From contig NC_073411.1 in assembly GCF_028641065.1 (NCBI RefSeq), positions 3,410,001 through 3,474,000 on the forward strand: a DNA stretch of 64,000 bases, written 5' to 3'. Source of the DNA: Leucoraja erinacea (Eukaryota). The notes under the pieces were generated by a model. It was given only the letters and a program-made list of their open reading frames with translations, was not told the origin of the DNA and searched no databases. Shown here in pieces: positions 37,261-51,188 of this stretch. The position numbers were made by a program, and so were the translations under genes. The first letter of the stretch is position 1. Each line of letters starts with the position of its first letter.

Positions 37261-40200
37261 GTAGGAAGTAATCTAAGCTTCTCTCTCGGCCTGCCAAACA
37301 GGGTTAAAGGAGGGAAATCCACCCAGCTGACTGAGATGGTGACTGTCTGACTGTGAGATGCTGACTGTCTGTGTTTGAGACGCTGACTGTCTGACTGTGA
37401 GATGCTGACTGACTGTGTCTGTGTAGCAGTTTGGACAAGATGGAGTGTCTGGCCTGCTTGCTGCTGTGTGATCCTAAGTAACGTTAAGCTTGTGCTGCCA
37501 TGTGGTGTCACCACATGAAGTGAATCGCACCACCCAGAGGGCAGCTAATGTGCCCCTCTGCATTTTCCATGTTGCTGTTGGGTGGCACATGTAGTGCTGC
37601 AGTTAGTCACACTCCCTCACAGCCCCACAACAAGAACGCTTCAATCCTGACCTCCTGTGCTCACAGCATGTTGAGTCTGCATCTTCTCCCCATGACGGCG
37701 TGGCTCACCCCTGGCTGTTCCGATTTCCTACCACATCTCAAAGACTGTTAGTAGGGTAGACACAAAACGCTGCAGTAACTCGCCGAGTGAGGCAGCATCC
37801 CTGGAGAACCCGGGCAGGTGACGTTTCAGGTCACGACCCTGCTTCCATGTTTCTATTGCTAGTAGGTGAATTGGCCACATCAAATTTCTGCTCGTGTAGG
37901 TAAAAAGTAAACAAATCAAATGGGTGTTGATGAGCTTGGGAGAGATTAATTGCAGGGTTTTAGGGGAATAACTACTAACTCCATCTATCTCCAGTCCTTT
38001 CCCATCCCAGTCATTCTATCTCCCTACTCCCATTGGGCAGAAGCTTGAAAGCGCATACCACACCAGCTTCTTCCCCCTCTGTTATCAGGCTTCTAAATGG
38101 TCCATCCATAGGCTAGGGTACTGTCCGATTCTCCTCTAGCCCATTGCGGACATTGGACTTTGTCTCTGGAGCTGATGCATTATAACGCTGAGAAAGGTAA
38201 CTTTCCCTACACTCCACCTATTCTTCTTCTTGTATATGGCGTGCACGGCCTAAAGTTGTAGGACAACTTGTTCTATTTGATCTTATTTGATTGTGCACGC
38301 CGGGTTGATTGCATTCGTCAAAACAGGGCGGGCCACGTGAAGGTTGCAATCTCCCACCCCCACTCCACGTATTGAACTTGAGTTTGGCTTCATTTGTCTT
38401 TATGTGTAGAGTTATCTGGGCAAGCACAACAAACCTATTCACTGTACCTCAGTACATGTGACAATAATAAATCTAAACCTAAGAGTGGGAACGGGACTGA
38501 GGTGAGTTGGTTTTGGGTGCTGACCTACTGCGTACTAGTACGTGAATTAGTTGAGTTTAAACAAGGAGCATTTTTCATCATTAATTAAACCACAAAATGA
38601 GGCAAGTAAAAAAGGACTTGAGTTCTGTAGTCAGGTAACATGTCAGCACAGTGTTTTAACTCACTTTTTGGGATCTGGACATAGCTGGCGAGGCCTATGT
38701 TACTTTCCCAGCCTCAGTAGCCCTTGATAGTTGTTGGTGAGCAGTTCTGGTAAAGGGGCTTCCTCACTGTTAGTGTAGGGAGTTCCAAGATTTAGCTAAG
38801 ATTGTGCCTGTAATCGCTGGAGTTTAGAAGGATGAGAGGACCTCATTGGAACTTACCAAATAGTGAAAGGCCTGGATAGAGTGGATGTGGGAAGGTTGTT
38901 TCCACTAGAGTCATACAGCGTGGAAACAGGCTCTTCGGCCCAACATGCCCACACCACCCAACATGTCCAATCTACACTAGTCCCACCTGCCTGTGTTTGG
39001 CCTATATCCATCTAAACCTGTCCTATCCATGTACCTGTCTAAATGTTAAATGTTGCAATAGTACCTGCCTCAACTACCTCCTCCGGCAGCTCGATCTCTA
39101 CACACACCACTCTTTGTGTGATAAAGTTACTCCTCAGATTCCTATTAAATCTTTTCACGCTCACCTTAAACCTATGTCCTCTCATCCTCGATTCCTCTAC
39201 TCTGGGCAACAGACCCTGTACATCTACCCGATCTAATTCTCTCATGATTTTGAACATCTCTATAAGATCACCCCTCACCATCCTGCACTCCAAGGAATAG
39301 AGTACTAGTCTGCTCAACCTCTCCCTATAGATCAGGCCCTCGGGCCCTGGCAACATCCTCGTAGATCTTCTCTGCACCCTGGTCTACCTTCGATTTAATC
39401 CAGCATCTGCAGTTCTTTCCAACACATTTTGTCCGCTCCAGTGCGAAATCTCCTCACGGTATGTCGACTTTGAAGAAGTTCTCTTCCTCTCAACATGAAC
39501 GGCCTCAACCCGAAACATCACCCATCCCTTCTCTCCAGAGATGCTGCCTGACCCGCTGAGTTATCCAGCATTTTGTGTCTTTCTTCTCTGCACCCTTTAC
39601 AGCCTGACAATATCTTTCCTTTAACATGGTGCCCAGAAATGAACACAATACTCTAAATATTTCCTCGCCGATGTCACATACAACTGCAACATGACCTCCC
39701 AACTTCTATACTCAATAGGTACACAAAAATGCTGGAGAAACTCAGCGGGTGCAGCAGCATCTATGGAGCGAAGGAAATAGGCAACGTTTCGGGCCGAAAC
39801 ATTGCCTATTTCTTTCGCTCCATAGATGCTGCTGCACCCGCTGAGTTTCTCCAGCATTTTTGTGTACCTTCGATTTTCCAGCATCTGCAGTTCCTTCTTA
39901 AACATTCCATACTCAATACTCTGACTGATGAAGGCCAATATGCCAAAGCCCTTTTTGACCACCTGATGTACCTGTGGTGCCACTTTCAACAAACTATGTA
40001 CCTGTACTCCGAGATCCCTCTGCTCTACAACGCTCCCCAGAGACCTACAGTACCATCCACTGTGTAGGTCTGGCCCATGTTAGTGTTCCCAAGATGCAAT
40101 ACCTCACATTCCATCAAGCATTCCTCAACCCATCTGCCTAACCGATCAAGATCCTGCTGCAATCTTTGACAACCATCTTCACTATCTACAATACCACCCA

Positions 40201-41889
40201 CTTGCATGTCACTAGTGGGAGAGTCGAGGACCAGCGGTCACAGCCTGAGAATAAAATAATGTACCTTGAGAAAAGAGATGAGGAGACATTTCTTTAGTCA
40301 GTGGGTAGTGAATCTGGAATTCATTGCACAGGAGGCCAATTAATTGGGTATTTTCAAAGCTGAGACGGGACAGGTTCTTGATTAATTAGTATGTCAAAAG
40401 TTATGGGGAGAAGGCAGGCAGGAAAAAGCGATTGAGAGGGAAAGATAGAACACCCATGATTGAATGTCAGAGTAGACTGGAAGGGCCGAATGGCGTCATA
40501 CTGCTCCTTTGCCTTACGAACAATGAAGGTACAGCAGTGTGTGACTGAGTGAGGTTGCTGTGTAACTTGGAGCCAAGAGTGTGGATGGCTTGTGTTAGGT
40601 GTTCTCCTCCTTCTTGAGGAGAGTGGTATTGAGATGAGGCGCTGCAGGGTGAGTAACTGCGGTGCATTTGAGTTTAGTTTAGAGTGGTGGTGTGGAAACG
40701 GCCTCATCAGCCCACCGAGTCCATGACAACCATCGGTCCGATCACCCGTTCCCACCAGTTCTAAATGATCCCACTTTCTCATCCATCGCTTTACATTGGG
40801 GACCATTTGACATCGGCCAATTAACCAACAAACCCACACATCTTGGGCATATGGTACAAAGCCGGAAATACCCTGCGCAATCACAGATGGAACTTGCAAA
40901 CTCCATGCAGACAGCACCTGCGGTCTGGATTGAATCTGTGTCTCTGGCATTGAGGGTGTGCCGCTGTGCGGCATTTTTTTGTGACAGTGCGCACTGTGGG
41001 GGGGGGGGGGAATGTTTGGGATTTGTGAATGGGTTCCTTTGTCCTAGAATATTCACGAGCTTCTTGTATATCATCGGAGCTGCACTCATCTTGGCAAGTG
41101 GAGTGTGTGCATCACATTACAATCTTGCAGACGGTGGAAAGGCTTTGGCATTCCAGGAGGTGACATCACATTTTAAGAGTAAACTTTCTTAAAGGTGAAG
41201 TCAGTTCATAAGAAATAGGAGCAGAATTAGGCCATTCGGCCCATTGAGTCTGCTGTGTCATTTGATCATGTCTGATCTATTTTCCCCCACTCAACCCCAT
41301 TCTCCTGCCATTCTCTCCCCATAAACTTTGATGCCCTTAAACAAGAACTTATTAACCTTTGCTTTAAACATACCCAATGGCTTGGCCTCCACAACCGTCT
41401 GTGGCAATGAATTCCACAGATTTGCCGCCCTCCGGCTAAAGAAATTCCTCCTCTTCTTCATTCTAAAGGGCCTGTCCCACTTGGCGATTTTTTTCGGCGA
41501 CTGCCGGCATCATTGCCTGACGTATCAGGTCACTGAAAATTAAGCGGTGTGATGTGGCGTGATGATGTATGGCGTGCGGTGTTTTTTCAAGTGTCGCAAC
41601 ATTATTTTTGTCGCCGCTCGATTTTGAAATGTTCAAAATCTTTTGGCGACATTTAAATGCCGTTGGCAGAATCGCGAAGTGGGACAGGCCCTTAAAGCTA
41701 TGTCCTTTATTTTGAGGCTATGCTCTCTGATCCTAGACTCTCTCACTACTGGAAACATCCTCGCCACATCCACTCTATATAGAACTTTCATATATTTTTT
41801 TGCTATTTTTCTGACTTTTGTAAATAATGCTAATTGTTTAAACAGAATTTTTCTTCCATATTTCAGAATACATTTCTTCTTTATTTCAG

Positions 41890-41976
41890 AATATATATTT
41901 GCCAGCTACCACAGAAGAAGAAATCTTTGCACATTTCGGATTGGAGTACATTCCACCACAGGAGAGGAATGCTTGA
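41890..41976 (+). CDS. POLM: Duplicated POLM exon 11, copy B (intact)
   Basis: Same peptide as copy A; one synonymous TTT>TTC change. Confidence 0.7.
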   Translation, partial: NIYLPATTEEEIFAHFGLEYIPPQERNA

Positions 41977-44900
41977 TCAGCTGAGTTCACACTGTAGAAA
42001 CACGCAGAGCACCTGAATGAAAGGCCTTGGACAAAGATATTTATTGCACTGTTATCATCACTTTAAACTGGGTAAAAGCTGGACATTCACCCATCTCTGT
42101 CTGAATGTGTGTCAGTTGTTGAATGGGATCCCCCTCACTATCAAATCTCTGGAGTCGACTCCAACTCAAAGAACACACAATCCAAGTTTGCATTGAGAAA
42201 GAACTCCAGATGCTGGATAAAATCGAAGGTAGGCACAAAATGCTGGGGTAGCTCAGCGGGTGAGGCAGACCCGAAACGTCACCCATTCCTTCTCTCCATA
42301 GATGCTGCCTCACCCGCTGAGTTTCCCCAGCATATTGTGTCTACCTTTGCATTGTGAGATTAATGCACTGACAGAGCTACTGTAAATTTGTGATCATGTC
42401 TTCCTCATCCACACATAAAATACCCCAGGGTGCCATGGTAAGGAAAAATCTTCCCAAGATAGTGGCCTTGTAAACTTTTCTAACATAAAGGGGAAAATAA
42501 AATTTAAAAAAAAAATCTACTCATCTATCTCAATTGATTTTGTGATACTTTACATGCTGCATTTCCCACATTGCAATAGACAATAGGTGCAGGAGTAGGC
42601 CATTCGGCCCTTCGAGCCAGCATCGCCATTCAATGTGATCATCCCCAATCAGTACCCCGTTCCTGCCTTCTCCCCAGCTTGACCACACTTCAGAGGTCAT
42701 TAATTTACTCCAAAGCGGTTGGGGATATCGAGATTATGAAAGGAGACGAGTCATGGCCGTGAAACTAGTAGTTGACAGAAATCACCACTCATAGACTGGA
42801 GAGAAATCATCCTTGATCACAACCTGCAATAGTTTTGGTTTAAGAAAGAACTGCAGATGCTGCTTTTAATCGATGGTAGACACAAAATGAGTGACGTTTC
42901 GGGTAAAGAGGTCTGAAGAAGGGTCTCGACCCGAAATGTCACCCATTCTTTCTCCAGAGATGCTGCCTGTCCCACTGAGTTACTCCAGCATTTTGTGTCT
43001 ACCTATAGTTTTGGTGTAGTTTAGTTTATTTTAGAGATACAGCATGGAAACAGGCCCTTCGGCCCACTGGGTTTGCACCGACCAGCGATCCCCGCACATT
43101 AACACTGTCCTATACACACGAGGGACAAATTTACATTCATACCAAGCCAATTAACCTACAAACCTGTACGTTTTTGGAGTGTGGGAAGAAACCGAATATC
43201 TCGGAGAAAGACCACGCAGGTCACAGGGAGAACGTACAAACTCCATACAGACAGCACCCGTAGTCAGGATCGAACACGGGTCTCCGGCGCTGTGAGGCAG
43301 CAACTCTACCTCTGCGGCACCGTGTTGCCCAAAAAGGTTTTCCTTTAAAACCATCCAGATAGTTTGAAATATTTAGTTGGCTGTTCAGAGAGCTCATTAA
43401 ATGTTTAGTTAGTGGTTTTTAATATGATTAAGTGGAACCTGTCTGAAGAAGAGTCTTGACCCGAAACATCACCCATTCCTTCTCTTCAGAGATGCTGCCT
43501 GTCCCGCTGAGTTACTCCAACATTTTGTGTCTACCTTCGATTTAAACCAGCATCTGCAGTTCTTTCCGACACATTAAGTAGAATCATGGCTCTTTGTGGG
43601 GGTGGGAGATTGCAACCTTCACGTGGTCCGCCCTGTTTCGACGAATACAATCAACCCGGTGTGCACAATCAAATAAGATCAAATAGAACAAGTTGTCCTA
43701 CAACTTTAGGCTGTGCACGCTGTACGCAAGAAGAAGAAGATGTTTCTTTGTGGTGATACAAAACTGCAGATGCTGGAATCTGGAGTAAAAAACAAACTGC
43801 TGAACATGTGTGGAGCAAAAGGACGGTGGATACTTTGCCTCCATAGATGCTGCTTGACCTGCTCAGTTCCTCAGATAGACACAAAATGCTGGAGAAACTC
43901 ATGGGCAGTGGAGCAACAGTAGAGTCCGGAGACCCAGGTTCGATCCTGACTAGGGGTGCTGTCTGTATGGAGTTTGTACGTTCTCCCCGTGACCTGCGTG
44001 GGTTTTCTCCGAGATCTTCATTTTCCTCCCACACTGCAAGACGTGCAGGCTTGGTATAGGTGTAAATTGTCCCTCGTGTGTGTAGAATTGTGTTAATGTG
44101 CGGGGATCGCTGGTCAGTGCGGACTCGGTGGAACGGAGGGCTTGTTTCCGCGCTGTATCTCTAAACTAAAGTAAACTCAGCGGGACAGACGGCATCGCTG
44201 GACAGAAGGAATACGTGACGTTTCGGGTCGAGACCCTTCTTCAGACTGAGAGTCAGGGGAGAGGGAAACAAGTTATAGACGGTGAACAAATGAATGTAAA
44301 ATATGCAAACAAGTTACGATGATCAAGAAAACAGGCCATTGTTGTGTGGGTCGGTGAAAATGAGTTGCAGACAATGAAACTCGCCAGGACGACAGTGAAA
44401 CTAGTACACTGACGAGGGTGGGGGAGGGATGGGGAACGAGGGGATTCAAAGGTTACTTGAAGTTAGAGAAATCGATATTCATACCGCTGGGTTGTAAGCA
44501 GGCCACGTGAAACATGAGGTGCCTTTCCTCCAATTTAGCCGCACTCTTGACAATTGTTTTGTGAACGAAATTGCAGTGCCGTTGTTGGCCACTCGAGGGC
44601 AGCTGTTGGCCATGAGCAGAGAGGACAATAGGATCACACTGCACAATCTCAACACGATATGTTGGAGGAGGGGAAAACATAGAAAACAGGTCCAGGAGTA
44701 GGCCATTCAGCCCTTCTATCCAGCACCGCCATTCAATCTAAAATCAGTACCCCATTCCTGCTTTCTCCCCATATCCCTTGATTCCGTTAGTCCTGAGAGC
44801 TAAATAAAGTGAGAGATGAGCAGAAGGAGAAGGCCACAGACGGCCAAGAAGTCATTGGGTATTTTTCATGTTCACAAAGTGTAGGAGCTGAATTAGGCCA

Positions 44901-46423
44901 TTGGGCCCATCAAGTCTACTCTGCCATTTAATCATGGTCGATCTACATTTCCCTCTCAGCCCCATTCTCCAGCTTTCTCCCCATAAAGTGGAGATTGACA
45001 AGATTCGTGGTTAATAAGGATGTCAAACATTACAGGGAGATGGCAGGAGAATGGGGTTCAGAGGGAAAGATAGATCAGTCATGCTTGAAATGGTGGAGTA
45101 AACTCAATGGACCGAATTCTGCTCTTATGACATGAGGAGGGGAAAGGAACAGATTGATCGGGGCTGTGGGGAAAAATGTGTGTGGGCTGGGGGCGGAGAT
45201 TAGGGTTGCCAACTGTCCCGTATTAGCCGGGACATCCCGTATATTGGGCTAAATTGGTTTGTCCCATATGGGACTGCCCTTGTACCATATTTGACAGCTA
45301 CTACTCAGGTCGAGGGGACTGTCGGGCGGAGCGCCACGACTGACCCCGCCTCACCTGTCCCGACGTAGTGCAGCCCATGGAGTGCAGCAGCAGCACCTCG
45401 CCTGTGGCCCCGTCGGTGGGCAGCCTGGTCCGACCTTCAGACCTTCGCTTACCGCCGACACCACCACCCCTCCTTCTCATGGCCGATCATTGGTTCATGA
45501 GTTGGATGGGGCGCCGGACTTTGAGCGCGACGTCACACGGCCCGGGCCAAAATGCTTCAGCTGGCCCGCCGGCTGGTCTTTGTGTGCAGTCCAGCACCCG
45601 ACCCAACTCATCATTCACCCAGCCACGGCCGAGTCGGTCAACGAATTGCCGTTGTGAATTTGTCCCTTATTTTAACATTTTGTCCCTTATTTGGGACTGA
45701 GAAGGTTGGCAACCCTAATGGAGAATGATTAGTAGGCGGGGAGGGAGTGGTTCACTTGAGATTGGAGAAATCAATGTTCATACCGTTTGGTTGTTAGCTA
45801 TCCAAGCGGAATATGAGATGCTGTTTCGCCAGTTTGTGTATGGCTTCAGTCTCACAATGGAGGAAGCTGGGACGGAAACATCAGGAGTGGGAAGGGGAGT
45901 TAAAGTGGTTGCCAACCAGGGATCCAGCAGACAGCAGAAAACAGGTGTTTTAACCCCCTCCCCCTCCACCCCACCCTCTCATTCCAACCCCCTAACTTGG
46001 TGACCGCACCTTTTTCCCAGCACCCGATTCATTCTCTTTCCTTCTCTCCCCCCCCCCCCCCCTCTCTCTCATGTCCCACCACTCACTACAAGTCTCCCAT
46101 TCTTCCTTACACCCCAATTTCCCTTTCCATCCATATATCCCTTTCTCCAGCTTTATAATTCATTTTCCTTTATCTCTTTATTTTCCTTTATCCTCACTTT
46201 ATCTGACACCCTTTTGTCTCCTTTTCACCTGCAACGTTGTCACGCTCTCCACACATCTGCTAGTCAATCCACCCTCACCTGTATCCACCTATCACTCGCC
46301 AGGTTGTGCCTGACCCGCTGAAGGTTACTCCTGATGATGGGTTACTCCCTTTCTTCACTCTGTTTGCACTTTATCAGTATAATTATTCATTGTGTGTGTG
46401 TGTATATTTATGCAATGGGATAT

Positions 46424-46854
46424 AGAAACATAGAAACATAGAAATTAGGTGCAGGAGTAGGCCATTCGGCCCTTCGAGCCTGCACCGCCATTCAATATGA
46501 TCATGGCTGATCATCCAACTCAGTATCCCGTACCTGCCTTCTCTCCATACCCCCTGATCCCCTTAGCCACAAGGACCACATCTAACTCCCTCTTAAATAT
46601 AGCCAATGAACTGGCCTCAACTACCTTCTGTGGCAGAGAGTTCCAGAGATTCACCACTCTCTGTGTGAAAAAAGTTCTTCTCATCTCGGTTTTAAAGGAT
46701 TTCCCCCTTATCCTTAAGCTGTGATCCCTTGTCCTGGACTCCCCCAACATCGGGAACAATCTTCCTGCATCTAGCCTGTCCAACCCCTTAAGAATTTTGT
46801 AAGTTTCTATAAGATCCCCACTCAATCTTCTAAATTCTAGAGAGGGACATCTAA
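46424..46854 (-). mobile_element. Young CR1 3' insertion upstream of NUDCD3, absent from copy C
   Basis: Flanked by ATAT; copy C has the empty site gtgatatggacagg at ~61966-61979. Confidence 0.9.
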
Positions 46855-47054
46855 ATATGGACAGGCTGATCTGTTCAGTATTCAGTGCCTACTGTGTTCT
46901 GTTGTGCTGAAGCAAAGCAAGAATTCCATTGTCCTATCAGGGACACATGACAATAAACTGTCTTGTTCCCATCAAGGATCCTCGAGGAGCCTCCAGTATC
47001 TGTGAGGTAGGAACGTTGATGCGGCGCCAGGGGGAGCGGGTTGGGGAGGCACGG

Positions 47055-47062
47055 CCGGAAGT
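47055..47062 (+). promoter_or_regulatory. ETS/GABP motif CCGGAAGT in the CpG-rich NUDCD3 promoter/5' region
   Basis: Exact CCGGAAGT about 35 nt upstream of the ATG, in a CpG-dense island; also present at 62169-62176. Confidence 0.6.
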
Positions 47063-47097
47063 GTGTGTGGGGCCGGGGGTCCGGGTGCGGGGCAGCG

Positions 47098-47295
47098 ATG
47101 GACGGGGCGCCGGGCATGACGGAGATGTACGACCAGGCGATGCTCGGCATCCTGCAGCACGTCGGCAAGATCGAGAACTTTCTGGAAGTTCTCTTCGGCT
47201 TCCTGTACAGGAAAACGGACTTCTACCGCCTGATGGTGCTGAGGGAGGACAGGCTGGGATTCCCGCCCGGGGTGGCCGAGCGGCTGGCGCTGCGG
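47098..47295 (+). CDS. NUDCD3: NudC domain-containing protein 3, first coding exon (copy before the gap)
   Basis: MDGAPGMTEMYDQAMLGILQHVGKIENFLEVLFGFLYRKTDFYRLMVLREDRLGFPPGVAERLALR|gtgagg; matches the NUDCD3 N-terminus YDQA.LGILQHVG...LFGFLYRKTDFYRL...GFPPG. The downstream in-frame ATG codons could be the true start. Confidence 0.92.
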
Positions 47296-47952
47296 GTGAG
47301 GGGAGGGGGACAGGTGAGCAGTGGGGGGGGAAAAAGAGGGGGAGGAGGGGTAAAGCAGAGGCAGCAGGGATTAGGGATCGTGGGGGGAGGGGCAGTGATG
47401 AGGAGGAGGGGGTGGGGAGTGCAGCCAAGGCAGTGAAGGGGAGCAGTTGATGGGGGGAGTGAGGGCAGTCGAGGGGGGGGTGGGGGAGCGGGGAGAGTGG
47501 GGGCGGGGAGGAGAGGAGGGGGGGGGGGGGAGAGGGGAGGAGGGAGAGGGGTGGACCATGGGAAGGAGTGGAGGGAGGGGTGAGAGGGGGGGACTGAGGG
47601 AGGAGGAGAGGGGGGTAAAAGAGGCAGGATGGGAGGGGGGGAGAGGGGGCGGGGGGGGGTGAATGGGAAGGGAGGGGAGGGGGGGTGGACAATGGGCAGA
47701 AGGGAGGAACTGGGGGAGAGGAGGTGAGGTGGAGGAAATACGAGTAGGGGGGGGGGGGGGGTGGGGGGGCGGGAGAATGAGGCATTGGAAGGGGAAGAAA
47801 GGGGGGAAGGGGAGCTAGGAGAGAGGGTGTCGATGTGATAGGAGGCGTAACATATTGGGCGCAAGGGGAGCAATAATTGGTACTGATTGGGGTGAGGATT
47901 GTGGGATGGGGAGGGACTTTGTGAGGTTGAGGAGAGGGGGGGGGGGGCGGGA
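47296..47952 (+). repeat. G-rich low-complexity tract in NUDCD3 intron 1
   Basis: Dense runs of G and GGA/GGGA. Confidence 0.85.
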
Positions 47953-48062
47953 GCAACAGAGTTGGTGTTTAAGAAGGAACTGACAGATGCTGGAAACATC
48001 GAAGGTAGACAAAATGCTGGAGCAACTCAGCGGGTGACGCAGCATCCTATGGAGCGAGGATA

Positions 48063-48162
48063 NNNNNNNNNNNNNNNNNNNNNNNNNNNNNNNNNNNNNN
48101 NNNNNNNNNNNNNNNNNNNNNNNNNNNNNNNNNNNNNNNNNNNNNNNNNNNNNNNNNNNNNN
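48063..48162. other. Assembly gap (100 N)
   Basis: Run of exactly 100 n. Confidence 1.
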
Positions 48163-50861
48163 GTTTTATATTACAGTCCAATAAATCAGAAATTATCGTC
48201 AAAATACTAGAGTAAAGGGGAAATACAGAGTGCAAAAATACAGTTATTGGCACCAGTCCTGAGATAAGTCATGGCGCCAAGAGGTAGAAACTTACAGACT
48301 TACAACTCCAGGGACCTGGGTGAGTTGATACGGGTGCTGGTTGTACGGAGTGTGTACATTCGCCCTGTGGAGCGCACGCTTAGTTGGGGATTAAATTGTG
48401 CAAAATTATCTTAGTTTTACTTTTTTAGTTTAGTTTGGAGAAACAATGTAGAAATTGGCTCTTCGACCCACCGTCTCCATGCCGACCAAAGATCAACCAT
48501 ACAATTGTTCTATCCCACACACTAGGGACAATTTTCAAAAGCTAATTAACCTACAAACCTGCACGTTTTTGGAATGTGGGAGGAAACCGGAGCATTTAGG
48601 AGCAGCGGATGTTCTACTGCAGTGTACAGGGTCTTGTTCGACCACACCTGGGAGTATTGCGTACAGTTTTGGTCTCCAAATCTGAGGAAGGACATTATTG
48701 CCATAGAGGGAGTGCAGAGGACGGTTCACCAGACTGATTCCTGGGATGTCAGGACTGTCTTATGAGGAAAGACTGGATAGACTTGGTTTATACTCTCTAG
48801 AATTTAGAAGATTGAGAGGGGATCTTATAGAAACTTAACAAAATTCTTAAGGGGTCGGACAGGCTAGATGCAGGAAGATTGTTCCCGATGTTGGGGAGGT
48901 CCAGGACAAGGGGTCACAGCTTAAGGATAAGGGGGAAATCCTTTAAAACCGAGATGAGAAGAACTTTTTTCACACAGAGAGTGGTGAATCTCTGGAACTC
49001 TCTGCCGCAGAGGGTAGTCGAGGCCAGTTCATTGGCTATATTTAAGAGGGAGTTAGATGTGGCCTTGTGGCTAAGGGGATCAGAGGGTATGGAGAGAAGG
49101 CAGGTACGGGATACTGAGTTTGGATGATCAGCCATGATCATATTGAATGGCGGTGCAGGCTCGAAGGGCCGAATGGCCTACTGCACCTAATTTCTATGTT
49201 TCTATCCGGAGAAAACCTACGCGGTCACATGGAGAATGTACAAACTCCGCTCAGACAGCACCCGGTCAGGATTGAACCCGGGTTTCCGGAGCTGTGAGAC
49301 AGCAACTCCTCCCGCTGCACCCCTGTGCTGCCCTTCTTCAAGATTTGTCCCCACTGTATTTTTGCTCATTTTTAAAATTCCCTTGATTGTGATTGAATCT
49401 ATTCTGGATAATATGCCGACCTACTCATCTCGGAGTATAATACCTTGGTGGTATATAATAGGATATCGCCCCACCTCTTAGTTTTTGATCTGCTTTATCT
49501 TTCAGTCCACCATTTTGGTTGAAGTTATTCTGCAAATCTTAGCAGGGTGGTGGTGATTGTATGGGCAGGAGCTGCCAGAGGAGGTAGTTGAGGCAGGTAG
49601 CTATCACACAGTTAAAAGACATTTTGAGAAGAAGGTATATGGATGGGGAAAGTTTAAGAGGGATATGGGCAGTGGGACTACGGTAGATGGGGCATCCTGG
49701 TCAACATGGACAAGTTGGGCCGAAGGGCCCTTATTTCTGGCAGCAACTGGGACTATGACTTTGAACATAACTGATTGATGTTAGGATGGCTTCAAAAGCC
49801 ATGCTTTTGTTGTTTTTTCCACAAACTTTATTCCTAATTTCTGTCCTCACCGTCCCTGCCCCCTTTCTTGAGCTGAATAGTGTAGGTGAAACTAGTTTAA
49901 TCCAAACCTTCACCTTCCAAACACCATCTTTCTATTTCTCACTACTTATATTCACCTTCCATATCATACATTACTGACTGCCATATCTATAGTCCTGTGC
50001 AGCAAGGAATCTTATCTGTGCTTTTGTTATCTTTATGGACCGGTCCCACTTACGCAACCTTTCGCGCGGACTACCGCACCTGTCATAGGTCGTTGCGTGG
50101 TTGGCCGAGAATTTTCAACATGGAAAACGACGCTACGACTCTTTGGGCGACTGAGGAGACGACTCACGACGACTGGCGACATGTCGCGGGTGAAGCCTGT
50201 ATGGTCGTGAGTAGTCGCCCAAAGAATCGTAACCTGTTCTGTCGCCCCGCTGGATTTTCAACCATGTTGAAACCTCGCCGACGGGGTGCCGGCAGTCGCC
50301 AAAAAAATCGCGTAAGTGGGACAGGCCCATAGTCTTGATAATTTCACTTACCTGTCCAGTCTTAACATCCTAATCAAGCTCCAAACTGTTTTAAAACATG
50401 CCGGTCAAAATTACAACCCTGGCTGAGCATCACTGGGTGACCTGCACCTTCCTCTGATCTCTCAAAGCATTTAAGAGTAAACGTCCGCATCACTCAGCAA
50501 CTTTCTGCAACTATGTCCCCCCTGATTCTGCACTCAATTTGTGCCTCACTTTTAGTAACGATTTCAAACCCAGTATAACCTCTTGATTTTAATGATTTGT
50601 GTATGCTTTTTCCCCCAACTATCTTCTTTGAGTTTTGTTTAAGCAGATTTGAAGGAATAGGTTGCAAAGCAAAGTTAATAATGAAAGTCTTGTAGAATTA
50701 TTAACACAGCTTAAGAAGTATTGTTGCTGAATCTCGTTCACCCAAACAGCCAGATTCTTAATGAAAGTTATCAACAAGTCAGATATTTCTCACGGTGACA
50801 AACACCCGAGTGGAGAGAGAATCTGACACGCTTTTACCTTAACATTTTGCGATTATTTCAG

Positions 50862-51188
50862 GGTCTGATATTGTACGACGACATCATGGGCAACACTTCT
50901 AAAGGGAAGAGCAAGGAGCCTGAGATTTTTGATCACTTTGAAAAATGCTTCTCTATCTTCAAACTGGAGAAGGAGTTGGTAAATAATTTGGGAGCTGAGA
51001 CGCTGAGCCTTTGCGACCCCTTGGCTGGGAACCAGACTCGGGGAGGTGGTCTTACTGCTGCGACTGAGGCCTCTCACCAGGTTACCGTTGTCGCGACAGG
51101 AGACACAAGCCTGGAAGGCCGTGAGAGTGGACTTGGTCGTTGCCCCTTCAGCCAATACGCTTATGCTTGTTAGATGGACGGTTCACGG
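50862..51188 (+). CDS. POLM: POLM exon 9, copy C (five 1-nt indels, probably sequencing error)
   Basis: 327 nt versus 330 nt; one insertion and four deletions clustered in the last ~90 nt, within an error-rich contig end. Confidence 0.6.

Noticed and set aside
46937-47999. Long Pro-rich ORFs on the minus strand (339 aa and 258 aa; also 62040-63258)
   Set aside because: Artefacts of G-rich low-complexity DNA antisense to NUDCD3 exon 1 and intron 1; not conserved between the two copies.
50862-51188. Exon 9 copy C as a true pseudogene
   Set aside because: The indels match the error pattern of the surrounding contig end, which also affects the repeats; exons 10 and 11 of the same copy are intact.
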